This document shows, piece by piece, positions 15,271 through 23,501 of a DNA stretch of 44,904 nucleotides. The notes below the pieces were generated by a model. It did not search any database. It saw only the letters and a list, made by a program, of their open reading frames with translations, and had not been told where the DNA came from. Each line of letters opens with the position of its first letter. The stretch's first letter is position 1. A program made the position numbers and the translations under genes. Source of the DNA: Methanobacteriota archaeon (GTDB taxonomy: Archaea > Thermoplasmatota > Poseidoniia > Poseidoniales > Poseidoniaceae); the NCBI GenBank assembly GCA_011522915.1, contig WTIA01000044.1, positions 1-44,904 on the forward strand, in the 5' to 3' direction.

Positions 15271-15300
15271 GGCCCCCATAGGGGGCCGGATTAAATCCGG
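15271..15300. repeat. Two overlapping perfect hairpins (GGCCCCC-ATA-GGGGGCC and CCGGATT-A-AATCCGG) in the divergent spacer
   Basis: Read directly. The two stems share CC at 15286-15287, so they partly exclude each other. They lie between the giant gene start and the thiamine pyrophosphokinase start. Confidence 0.6.
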
Positions 15301-15340
15301 TGAGCGAACCGCTTGAATCTATGTATCATATCGCACACAC

Positions 15341-15919
15341 ATGGACGGCTTTGTTCTCGTGGTAGGAAACGGTGAATGGCCTGACGATGCCCTCTTTGAA
15401 ACCCTCGTAAAAAAAGCTGATTTTGTAATTGCTCTAGATGGAGCTGCAGATAGATTTGATGAATGGGATATCGTGGTTGGAGACATGGATTCCATTTCGA
15501 ATATCACAGGTCATAACCAAGATGAAAATCAAGAAAACTCGGACCTAGCAAAAGCCCTAATTCAGTATGACGTAGATGCGGTTGTTGGGATAGATGGAGG
15601 CAGGTTAGATCACCGCCTCGCTGCTTTCACATCCTTATTCGAGTCCAAGTCGGATGCAATTCTATATTTCGATGACTGGAGAGCATGCAGAGTTGATGAA
15701 AATGGAATTGAAATCGAACTCAAAATATCCACAATTTGTTCATTGATGGCTTTTGGAAAAGTAAAGAATGTAACCCTATCTGGAGTCGAATTTGAACTTA
15801 ATTCTGAGGACCTTGAAACTGGAACTAAAGGAGTTGGAAATAGATCCACTTCTGATGAAGTAAAAATATCACATGAGGGTGGAAATTTGCTATTCATTTG
15901 GGAGGCAAATGGGCCCTAA
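15341..15919 (+). CDS. Thiamine pyrophosphokinase
   Basis: VLVVGNGEW, ALDGAA, VVGDMDS (GDxDS), DQ.ENSDLAKAL and GIDGGRLDHRLA follow the TPK catalytic-domain motif order. The C-terminal beta domain has the right size. Confidence 0.7.
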   Translation: MDGFVLVVGNGEWPDDALFETLVKKADFVIALDGAADRFDEWDIVVGDMDSISNITGHNQDENQENSDLAKALIQYDVDAVVGIDGGRLDHRLAAFTSLFESKSDAILYFDDWRACRVDENGIEIELKISTICSLMAFGKVKNVTLSGVEFELNSEDLETGTKGVGNRSTSDEVKISHEGGNLLFIWEANGP

Positions 15920-16754
15920 TGTGTTGAGAGTATTCTTCACTACCATCCCAAGTTCTTGCCCTTTCATCAATTCGTGAGGCCTGAAGCGTTGACTCGTATC
16001 CTCCCCAATCTTCAATCAACTTTAGTTTCCATGCTGCGCGAGCTGAATGTCCGGGAAGTAGGGTCCTCCACATTCTAGGAATCCTACCTGGTGTAATCAG
16101 ATTTACTTGGTCAACGATTGCTGTTGTACAGGTTTTACCGAATGTGTGGTAAAATTCAGGAGTTTCTGATAATGAATTCAATCGATCACACAATGCATTG
16201 AACAACGCCTTGTCTTTTCCTGGTGGTGTTTGAACCCTGAAAAGGTGTACTTTGTGCTTTCTTGCATTGGTACGCAGGTGCAGGGCATCTCTCTCTGTGG
16301 CAACCAATAGATACAATTCGTACGCACGCCACAGTCCTTTCCAAGGGTGGTATCTTTCACCAACTTCCCTTCTGGTCTCAAACGAGAATGTAATGAATTG
16401 CCCATCACTAAATTCGAAAGTCAACATTGTATGAGCGAGGCCTTTGATTTTGTGAAAATGGTCTATAACAAACCATACATCTACAATTTCATCAATGTCA
16501 ACCTTGGTGTTGATCCATTTTGAATCGTGTTCCCGTTTATTTTGCCAAGAAAAATCTCTGACATTTTTCAGTGTAACTTTCGTTCCTTTGTATGAAGCAG
16601 TTCCGTGTTTTTCACAGTCAGCAACCCATTCCAAATCTAGCCTAGGCTCGAGTGATTTTAGGTTAACATATCGCTTCCACATGGAATTAACGAAAATTGC
16701 GACTAACCCTAAACCGCTGAGAATCATTACCCAAAAAGCGATTGTTTGAAGCAA
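15894..16754 (-). CDS. DUF4105 (Lnb N-terminal-like) domain membrane protein
   Basis: N-terminal TM helix. GLAHTMLTFEF and YHTFGKTCTTAIVDQV resemble the GHxxL and Y...NC-T-T signatures of DUF4105. TTG start is preceded by GAGGTGGTGA and lies 1 nt after the upstream stop. Confidence 0.5.
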   Translation of the reverse strand: MLQTIAFWVMILSGLGLVAIFVNSMWKRYVNLKSLEPRLDLEWVADCEKHGTASYKGTKVTLKNVRDFSWQNKREHDSKWINTKVDIDEIVDVWFVIDHFHKIKGLAHTMLTFEFSDGQFITFSFETRREVGERYHPWKGLWRAYELYLLVATERDALHLRTNARKHKVHLFRVQTPPGKDKALFNALCDRLNSLSETPEFYHTFGKTCTTAIVDQVNLITPGRIPRMWRTLLPGHSARAAWKLKLIEDWGGYESTLQASRIDERARTWDGSEEYSQHIRAHLPPK

Positions 16755-16755
16755 A

Positions 16756-18012
16756 TCACCACCTCTTCCACATCATAGAGGAACGGTCCCACCAATCTAA
16801 TTCACCGTTTTCATGCTTTCTCCAAAGCATTCCATTTTCATCTATATGAGTAGGTAGTCCTTCAGAATCCGGCTCGCCCATTTCATTTAGCAACCCACCA
16901 AACAATTCATCATCCTCGGGACTTTTTATCATCAGGACAAATACTGCAATACCCAAGACCAATGAAAGTAGACCAATACCCCATATTCCTACACTGGAGG
17001 TCTCTGTATCCATTCCCTTGGATTGAGCAGGTGCGTTTTCGTCTTCAGATGTGGAATCGGGGGCAGGCATTCTGATTAGCATGGCACCATTTGTGGTGCT
17101 TATCTCCTCATCATTGGTTACAGTTAGCAATATCTTGTAAACGCCAGATTCCCATTGCGAACAATCGAGATTGCTTGTGTTGGCAACCATTCCAATCGAA
17201 GGTGTGATTTTCCAGTCCTTAGAGAAATCAGAATGGTCTTCGCTGCTGGATGGAGTATGAGTGATGCTGCAGGGTGTTCCAATTTTTGCATCGTTTCCAT
17301 TGACATCAATGGAGAAAAGAGGAGGAGGTTTGTTTACGATAACGAGTTCGAGAGTGTCGGTTGTTGTTTGCCCTAGGCCGTTTTGATAACTTTCTGTTAC
17401 AATGTAATTACCCGCAGGCCAGTTACTGCAATCAAGAACCTGTTCGGTTTCCAAAACGGTGAACGGGGTTCCGATTATTGACCGCGTACCTGGGAAATTC
17501 CACCTTGGCCCTGTCTCATCCACGAAGTCTCGAGTGATTTCACAATCATCACCCGTTTGCATAATTTCCGAACCAGATAGTACTAGGTCTATTTCGGGAG
17601 TTGCTAAGGCAGGGCTTAAATCAAAAATTCCAAGATTGATTGATTTCAATAAAATCCCATCAGCGTCGCTTATTTCCAACTGTAACTGGTGTTCTCCTGC
17701 CGCCCATGAATCATAGGTCAATGAAGCGTTTTCTTGATCTTCAAACGCCATGTAAATTTCCTCGTATACTGTGAAACCAGAGTGCTCTCCGATCAAAGTT
17801 AGAGTCAAGTCAACCCATTGGTTTGTTGAATTGATTACTACAACTACACGAATAGCATCCATCATTCCGTCTTGATTCATATCTAGACTATCATTTCTCA
17901 ATGCGACCAAATTCAATCCCGCCTCTTCGAAGGGGTCAATCTCTTCCTGCGCAGAAACTTGACCTGCAAAAGATAGTGAAACCATCAGTGCGATAAGTAA
18001 CCACTCACGCAT
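16756..18012 (-). CDS. Type-I surface protein (signal peptide, Ig/PKD-like beta ectodomain, TM helix, 56-aa cytoplasmic tail ending in a WW-like Trp motif)
   Basis: MREWLLIALMVSLSFAGQVSA signal. TM helix VGIWGIGLLSLVLGIAVFVLMI. Tail is ...HIDENGMLWRKHENGELDWWDRSSMMWKRW. The ATG at 18012 overlaps the upstream stop by 8 nt (ATGCGTGA), with GGAGGTGA 7 nt upstream. Confidence 0.75.
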   Translation of the reverse strand: MREWLLIALMVSLSFAGQVSAQEEIDPFEEAGLNLVALRNDSLDMNQDGMMDAIRVVVVINSTNQWVDLTLTLIGEHSGFTVYEEIYMAFEDQENASLTYDSWAAGEHQLQLEISDADGILLKSINLGIFDLSPALATPEIDLVLSGSEIMQTGDDCEITRDFVDETGPRWNFPGTRSIIGTPFTVLETEQVLDCSNWPAGNYIVTESYQNGLGQTTTDTLELVIVNKPPPLFSIDVNGNDAKIGTPCSITHTPSSSEDHSDFSKDWKITPSIGMVANTSNLDCSQWESGVYKILLTVTNDEEISTTNGAMLIRMPAPDSTSEDENAPAQSKGMDTETSSVGIWGIGLLSLVLGIAVFVLMIKSPEDDELFGGLLNEMGEPDSEGLPTHIDENGMLWRKHENGELDWWDRSSMMWKRW

Positions 18013-20455
18013 TTGATTCACCTCCCTTGTCCTCTTCGATTACTGCTTTTTCAAGCGAAGACGCCGAACGAGAATAACGGACAATCATCGCAAGTGCTGA
18101 TGAAATCAGCATAACAGTACCCAGAATCATGTAAGTCAACCAACTAGATGCCGGTTCTTCACCCATTACCGAGAAAGCTGCATTCCAACTTCCATACTCA
18201 TCTGACCAACCGTCACCATCTGAATCAATACAACCTTGCAAATCTTTTGTTGAAGTCCCTGCCACATCCGGACAGTCATCTCGCTTGGCACCCATAGGCA
18301 CATCACCAAAGCCGTCTTCGTCAGTATCTTGCCACTGTAGTCTATCGGTTGGAAAGGCATCTGCTTGACCCCATGGTGATGCTAGCCAATTTTGAGAGGG
18401 GTCTGACCAGCCATCGCCGTCTGAATCTCTACATCCAAGACGATCAAAGAAAGACTGGCCTCTCTCATTGGGGCAAGCGTCGCCTTCGTGTCCATCGGAG
18501 TTATCTCCGAATCCATCGCCATCCAAATCCCTCCATTGGGTTGGTTCGTGTGGGAACCTATCCCCTTGATCTGACCAGCCATCACCATCTGTATCATGGC
18601 AACCCCATCTATCCCCGCCAGCGGTTGGACCTTGAGATGTTCCTGGGACGTCTGGACAGACATCAGCAGTAATTCCCTTCGGATTATCGCCTCTTCCATC
18701 GCCGTCTCTATCGTGCCATTGCGTTTCATCAGCAGGCCAAGCATCTGCAATTCCACCAGGACTTGCTAACCAATGGGTTGTAGGGTCAGACCATCCATCA
18801 CCGTCTGAATCTGGGCAACCCCATCTATCCATGGCAGAATTACCTTCAGTAGCGACACAACCGTCTCCTCTCCAAGCAGGCCTCCAGGTTTCACCATCGA
18901 AATATTCTAGATTATCTCCATAACCATCATCATCGGTATCGTACCATTGACTTTCATCATCAGGAAATGCATCTGCGAACCCATCAGGGTGAGAAATCCA
19001 CCAGTCATCAGGATTGGAGAAGCCGTCCATGTCGGAGTCTAAACATCCAAATCTGTCCTGCCAACTTATCCAACCGCTCTCTACTTCTTCAACCGTACTT
19101 TGAGGGCAAACATCGCCTTCAAAGCCATTGAGATTGTCGCCATAGCCATCACCATCCGTATCCCTGTACTGGCTTGGAACTAGCGGGAAATCATCGACTT
19201 GTGTTGCGCCGTATGAATTGTTATCGCCCCATCCATCTCCGTCAGTATCTAACCATTGAGTTGGATTGTCAGGGAAATCATCGACTTGTAATGCTCCTTC
19301 GCTTTGATTATCTCCCCAACCATCACCATCTCTGTCGTGCCACTGTGTAGGGTTTTCAGGGAATGCGTCTGCCCCGTCACCAGCTGACCAATTTAGGTCT
19401 GGGTCAGACCAACCATCACTATCTGAGTCGGGACAGCCAAATCTGTCTTCCAATGAATAACCAGTAACGAATGGGCAAGCATCTGGTTGAGTCGCATTGG
19501 CATACCAAACCCCAATCGACCAATTAATTCGAGTGTCATTCCATGAACCATCAGCCCAATTATCTCCAAATCCGTCTTCATCTGTGTCGTTCCATTGGCT
19601 TGGAGTAAATGGGAATGCGTCAGCAGAACCGTTTGGATGGGCAAACCATGGCTCTACTCCATCAAGTCCACCTGGGTCAGCATCTGACCAACCATCTCCA
19701 TCCGAGTCGAGACATCCAAATCTATCCAGTTCTGAGTATCCTCTCCGATACGGACAATGGTCCGGTTCAAATCCATCTAGATTGTTTCCAAAGCCATCAT
19801 TGTCTGAATCCACCCACTGAGATGGTTGGGTTGGGAATGCATCTGCTCCATTGTTGGTAGTCCAACCACTGTCCGGGTCTGACCAACCATCGGAATCTGT
19901 GTCTATGCATCCCAGTCTATCGTTTGTAGAGGTTCCAGGAATGAGATCACAATCATCCTCATTGTCGATAAATCCGTCCTCGTCCCTGTCACGATTATCT
20001 TGATTTATGGATGGGGTTAGGGTATAGTCTACTCCGTCATTACACCAACTGTTTTTTCCTTGTATCTTTAGATAGACATAATCTGCAGTTGACATTGTAG
20101 TCGACAATACTGTTGAAGAACTGCCGTCATCCATTGCTTGGCTAGCAAGTTGAGAACCTGCAGAATTATGAATAGAAAAATCTGCTTCCCAACCATCTCC
20201 TGGACACCACCAAGCAGGGTTAGACATCGAACCTGAGAAGCTTACCTGAACGATATCACCCTTGTAGGCATATATCTTCCACCAGTCCGTCTTGTCAGTG
20301 GGCGTACATCCATCTGGGTCACAGACATATCCGCTTACAGTCACGCCATTGGTTAGTCCATTAGCTGATGCTAGGTCATTATCTGCTTCAACGGTTGGAA
20401 GGAACGTTAGCAGGGATATCGCGAGGAAACACACCACCCACCGCTCTGCGCGCAT
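18005..20455 (-). CDS. Type-I surface protein: signal peptide, PPC (pre-peptidase C-terminal)-like domain, long TSP3-type Ca-binding super-repeat array and a C-terminal TM anchor
   Basis: MRAERWVVCFLAISLLTFLPTVEA signal. The PPC-like pattern is DKTDWWKIYAYKGDIVQVSF...DYVYLKIQG...VDYTLTPS. Motifs DRFGC.DSDGDGWSDP and P.QW.D.DGDG[FWY]GDN alternate. TM helix is WLTYMILGTVMLISSALAMIV. Confidence 0.85.
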   Translation of the reverse strand: MRAERWVVCFLAISLLTFLPTVEADNDLASANGLTNGVTVSGYVCDPDGCTPTDKTDWWKIYAYKGDIVQVSFSGSMSNPAWWCPGDGWEADFSIHNSAGSQLASQAMDDGSSSTVLSTTMSTADYVYLKIQGKNSWCNDGVDYTLTPSINQDNRDRDEDGFIDNEDDCDLIPGTSTNDRLGCIDTDSDGWSDPDSGWTTNNGADAFPTQPSQWVDSDNDGFGNNLDGFEPDHCPYRRGYSELDRFGCLDSDGDGWSDADPGGLDGVEPWFAHPNGSADAFPFTPSQWNDTDEDGFGDNWADGSWNDTRINWSIGVWYANATQPDACPFVTGYSLEDRFGCPDSDSDGWSDPDLNWSAGDGADAFPENPTQWHDRDGDGWGDNQSEGALQVDDFPDNPTQWLDTDGDGWGDNNSYGATQVDDFPLVPSQYRDTDGDGYGDNLNGFEGDVCPQSTVEEVESGWISWQDRFGCLDSDMDGFSNPDDWWISHPDGFADAFPDDESQWYDTDDDGYGDNLEYFDGETWRPAWRGDGCVATEGNSAMDRWGCPDSDGDGWSDPTTHWLASPGGIADAWPADETQWHDRDGDGRGDNPKGITADVCPDVPGTSQGPTAGGDRWGCHDTDGDGWSDQGDRFPHEPTQWRDLDGDGFGDNSDGHEGDACPNERGQSFFDRLGCRDSDGDGWSDPSQNWLASPWGQADAFPTDRLQWQDTDEDGFGDVPMGAKRDDCPDVAGTSTKDLQGCIDSDGDGWSDEYGSWNAAFSVMGEEPASSWLTYMILGTVMLISSALAMIVRYSRSASSLEKAVIEEDKGGESNA
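18221..19993 (-). repeat. About 8-9 coding super-repeats (~55-75 aa), each pairing a Cys-anchored DSDGDGWSD motif with a DxDGDGFGDN motif
   Basis: At DNA level the imperfect unit GACCA[AGT]CCATC[NNN][NN]TC[TC]G[AT][AG]TC recurs near 18405, 18570, 18788, 19405, 19685 and 19880. Confidence 0.8.
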
Positions 20456-20468
20456 GCACGTGCATGCG
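20451..20468. promoter_or_regulatory. Perfect 18-bp palindrome CGCATGCACGTGCATGCG overlapping the ATG of the 816-aa surface-protein gene
   Basis: Read directly. The start codon (CAT on the plus strand, 20453-20455) lies inside the left arm. Confidence 0.5.
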
Positions 20469-20496
20469 AGGGGTTGGTTTTCAAGACAACGCCGTT

Positions 20497-20518
20497 TTCG
20501 TTTGGAAAATTATCCAAA
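20497..20518 (-). terminator. Hairpin CGTTTGGA-AAATTA-TCCAAACG 7 nt downstream of the GT4 stop. It may be a terminator, or its A/T-rich loop may carry the TATA box of the next operon.
   Basis: Perfect 8-bp stem read directly. On the minus strand the loop reads TAATTT, ~50 nt upstream of the next ATG. Confidence 0.3.
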
Positions 20519-20524
20519 CGATAT

Positions 20525-21799
20525 TTATTCGTTACTACTTTTTTCAATTGCTCGATTGAACACTGAAATATAATCTGCAGCGTTGTGTTCGTAAGTATAT
20601 TTTGATAACACCCTTTCTCTTCCTAATTGTGCTTTAGTAGCAGTGTCTGAACTAGAAAGCATCTGATTTACACAATCTGCCAAATCATCTGGATCTCCCC
20701 GATTAAACAAGCCGCCTACTGAATCGTCTACCATCTCGGTTAGAGGTTCTTGATTTACAGTAGCAACTGGTGTTCCACTCGCCAAGGATTCGAGTGGAAT
20801 TAGTCCTTGACCTTCGTAGTATGAGGGGTAAACCACAAGGTCTGCAGAGCGGAAGTGTTGAGCAAGTTCATCAAAAGAGAGACTTGATTGAATGTGAATT
20901 GAGTCGGAAATTCCTAATTTTTTCGAAGTTTTTTCTAAACTGGATTTCATGTGTCCACGACCGACGATTACCAACTTTGCCCTTGGATTTTGTTGTAGAA
21001 TTTTAGGCATCGCTCTGAGCAAAGTCATGTATCCCTTTCGAGCGACTAACCGTCCTACTGCTAGCAACATCGGAGTTTGGGTCTGTGGAGAATAATTCAG
21101 GGCTTCCTCATCATCGCAGTTGTATTCTTTTCTAATCCTCTCATGCTCTAATTGTTCAGACTCATCATCGGTATTAGGCGGCCGGAACACTTTGTGGTCA
21201 CAGCCCCAAAGGATTACTTCACAGTCAAAGTTGTTATCTGGCTTATACCACCGTTTAAATTCCTTCAATGTGGATTGAGAATTAGCAACACAAATACTAG
21301 ATTCCAGTATTCCTGCTCTCTCATATTTTGAGTACCAACCAGCCGTTGTAAGAATTGCCAAATCATTTGGATTCTTCCATGTGGCCGACTCTTTTGCAGA
21401 TGCGGCCCTCTTCACGCCTTCTTTTTCTCCCAGCCAAGATCCATGTAAGCAAGACACAACTGGAGCAATATTATCCTCAAGCCAGCGGAATTCCTTTCTT
21501 TTCCAAGAAACCAAAGGTAGGTGTGCATTAATCACGTCAATCGGCTTTTGTGCATTCAATTTTTTTAGTGCCTTTATTGCACTTTTACCGTAAGAGCGGG
21601 TGAATGCCATTGGTAATTTTGCCCACCTGACTGGGATAACTGAAACACCTTCCTGCGAAGGTGCTTTGTCTTGGTGAGAGCGTGTAATTATCGAAACTTC
21701 ATGTCCAAGTTGAGTGAAATGTCCGGCAAGGTGGAACACCACAGAACCAATACCGCCCCATCTAGGCGGATATTCGCCGGACACTATGGCAATATGCAT
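20525..21799 (-). CDS. Glycosyltransferase family 4 (GT-B, group 1)
   Basis: N-terminal MHIAIVSGEYPPRWGGIG, and C-terminal SYYEGQGLIPLESLASGTPV (E-x7-E motif). The track start 21808 is TTG, and the ATG at 21799 gives the canonical N-terminus. Confidence 0.85.
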   Translation of the reverse strand: MHIAIVSGEYPPRWGGIGSVVFHLAGHFTQLGHEVSIITRSHQDKAPSQEGVSVIPVRWAKLPMAFTRSYGKSAIKALKKLNAQKPIDVINAHLPLVSWKRKEFRWLEDNIAPVVSCLHGSWLGEKEGVKRAASAKESATWKNPNDLAILTTAGWYSKYERAGILESSICVANSQSTLKEFKRWYKPDNNFDCEVILWGCDHKVFRPPNTDDESEQLEHERIRKEYNCDDEEALNYSPQTQTPMLLAVGRLVARKGYMTLLRAMPKILQQNPRAKLVIVGRGHMKSSLEKTSKKLGISDSIHIQSSLSFDELAQHFRSADLVVYPSYYEGQGLIPLESLASGTPVATVNQEPLTEMVDDSVGGLFNRGDPDDLADCVNQMLSSSDTATKAQLGRERVLSKYTYEHNAADYISVFNRAIEKSSNE

Positions 21800-21857
21800 G
21801 TGGAACAATCGCCCGACTTCGTCACGTGCTAAATAATCCGAGGATAGGTGCCTTCAA

Positions 21858-22655
21858 ATGAAATCCTTCATTCCACGATTCATGGCCGACAAGTTGCCAG
21901 TATCTGTCACCATTATTCTTCCAACACGAAATGAGGAAGAAGCACTAGGTCCAACAGTGGACTCCATACCACGAGATTGGTGTGATGAATTGGAAATAAT
22001 GATTGTAGATGGCAGCTCTACAGACCGTACTAGAGAAATAGCCCTAGAGAAGGGAATTAGAGTACATTTGGAACCAAGAAAAGGCTATGGCAGGGCATAT
22101 AGGACTGGTTTCGTTGTAGCAAAAGGCGATATTATTGTCACTATGGATGCGGATTGTACATATCCTGCTGAAGTTGTACCTGATTTGGTCAAGAGATTAA
22201 TTGACGACGACCTTGATTTCATTACCTGTGATAGACTAACCCTAGCAGAAGAAGGTTCGATGTCAGGATTGCACGGATTTGGAAACTGGATGCTATCTTT
22301 CAATGCTAGACTTGCATTCGGCTATGGAATCAAAGATTCGCAGTCGGGAATGTGGGTTTTCCGTAAATCTATATTTGAGAATGAAAAAATGAGACCAAGC
22401 AACGATGGAATGCCACTCTCTGAAGAAATGAAGATATTGGCTCGCCGTGTATTGGGTAAAGAAAAAGCAATCGAAATCTCCGTCCCTTACCGCCCTAGAG
22501 TAGGTGAAGCAGAGATTCACACTTGGGGAGATGGCTGGAAAAATCTGAAATTTATCTGGGCAAAGAGATTTGGATTAAACAAAACCGTTACTGAATGGGG
22601 GCCATTAGATGATAACCCTGATTCGCTGAACGGAGATATTCCTGAGCAGAAATAA
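21858..22655 (+). CDS. Glycosyltransferase family 2 (dolichyl-phosphate hexosyltransferase-like)
   Basis: VSVTIILPTRNEEE, IVDGSSTDRT and TMDADCTYP (DxD) are GT-A family 2 signatures. The size (265 aa) is typical of Dpm1/AglJ-like enzymes. Confidence 0.8.
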   Translation: MKSFIPRFMADKLPVSVTIILPTRNEEEALGPTVDSIPRDWCDELEIMIVDGSSTDRTREIALEKGIRVHLEPRKGYGRAYRTGFVVAKGDIIVTMDADCTYPAEVVPDLVKRLIDDDLDFITCDRLTLAEEGSMSGLHGFGNWMLSFNARLAFGYGIKDSQSGMWVFRKSIFENEKMRPSNDGMPLSEEMKILARRVLGKEKAIEISVPYRPRVGEAEIHTWGDGWKNLKFIWAKRFGLNKTVTEWGPLDDNPDSLNGDIPEQK

Positions 22656-23501
22656 CTACAGTAATTGAGGCTTCTCAATTCTAACCCTGCTACTGATACC
22701 TATTGTAGCGGGTGCAATTACGAACAAAACCAACCATGCCCAAGCAAGTTCGACAACAAATGCGCCATAGTGAAGACCTGCAATTCCTTTCATAGAAATG
22801 TATGATTCGTGGTCTTGACCTGGTGGTTGCGATACTACAGAATCCAACTCGCTCTGGTCAACTAAACCTAAATCATAGGAATGAGTTGCAAACTCTAATT
22901 CTAACTCTCCCTTGATTAGGTCAAAAACCGGAGAGGTTTCTGTCGAATCATGAACCGTTGATGTCCTATCATCTCCTTCAAAGGCCCCAGTTCCAAAATC
23001 CATGCCTCCGATATATCCAATTGGAGCATAGATTAGAAGATTAAGACAGATCCAGAATACTAAACCAGATAGAGCAAATCCTACAAAACCACGATATTTT
23101 AATCCAGCAAATGTCAGGCAAGTAAGCAATATACCTAGTGCAAATGCAATCTTTGCCATGATTGGTATTTCATCTTGTAATTCTGAGAGGGGTTTGATTT
23201 CTGACGAGTCGAATTTTGAATTATCATCCGATTCTGATGACGAAATCGTGGTATCATTTCTCGTGTTCTGCCACTGCATGAAAGTAAAAATTCCGTCAAT
23301 GTGGACGCTACCATCTGCAGAATCTTGGTCAACTTCTAATTCAACCTCCATTCCAGAGCCTGCAGGTAAGCCGTCTGTGTATTCAACGTCCACAACGCCA
23401 GTGTACCAAACTTGAGAATTCAATGCACCCAAAAGAGAGAACAATATCACCAACTGAACTGCATGCAATAGCAGTTTAGCATAGGATTTCCCCTCCCTCA
23501 T
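22656..23501 (-). CDS. Multi-pass membrane protein, unknown function
   Basis: 281 codons with an ATG start. Four hydrophobic helices: LLHAVQLVILFSLLGAL, IAFALGILLTCLTFAGL, FALSGLVFWICLNLLIYAPIGYI and VVELAWAWLVLFVIAPATIGI. Confidence 0.6.
   Translation of the reverse strand: MREGKSYAKLLLHAVQLVILFSLLGALNSQVWYTGVVDVEYTDGLPAGSGMEVELEVDQDSADGSVHIDGIFTFMQWQNTRNDTTISSSESDDNSKFDSSEIKPLSELQDEIPIMAKIAFALGILLTCLTFAGLKYRGFVGFALSGLVFWICLNLLIYAPIGYIGGMDFGTGAFEGDDRTSTVHDSTETSPVFDLIKGELELEFATHSYDLGLVDQSELDSVVSQPPGQDHESYISMKGIAGLHYGAFVVELAWAWLVLFVIAPATIGISSRVRIEKPQLL

Noticed and set aside
15239-15340. TPP riboswitch upstream of thiamine pyrophosphokinase
   Set aside because: The spacer lacks the conserved CUGAGA / ACCUGAUCUGGAUAAUGCCAGCG-type cores of the THI element. 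Only two short palindromic hairpins are present.
18221-19993. Regularly spaced DNA repeats that could be mistaken for a CRISPR array or tandem satellite
   Set aside because: The repeats are imperfect, in frame and encode the DSDGDGWSD/DGDGFGDN Ca-binding loops of one continuous ORF. There are no unique spacers and no cas genes.
20458-20463. CACGTG (E-box-like) as a recurrent regulatory motif, also seen at ~21823 in the GT4/GT2 spacer
   Set aside because: I counted about eight CACGTG sites by eye across the window, mostly inside genes (near 6230, 7017, 7224, 14453 and 31444). That is about the number expected by chance for a 6-mer in 45 kb, so the hexamer alone shows no enrichment.
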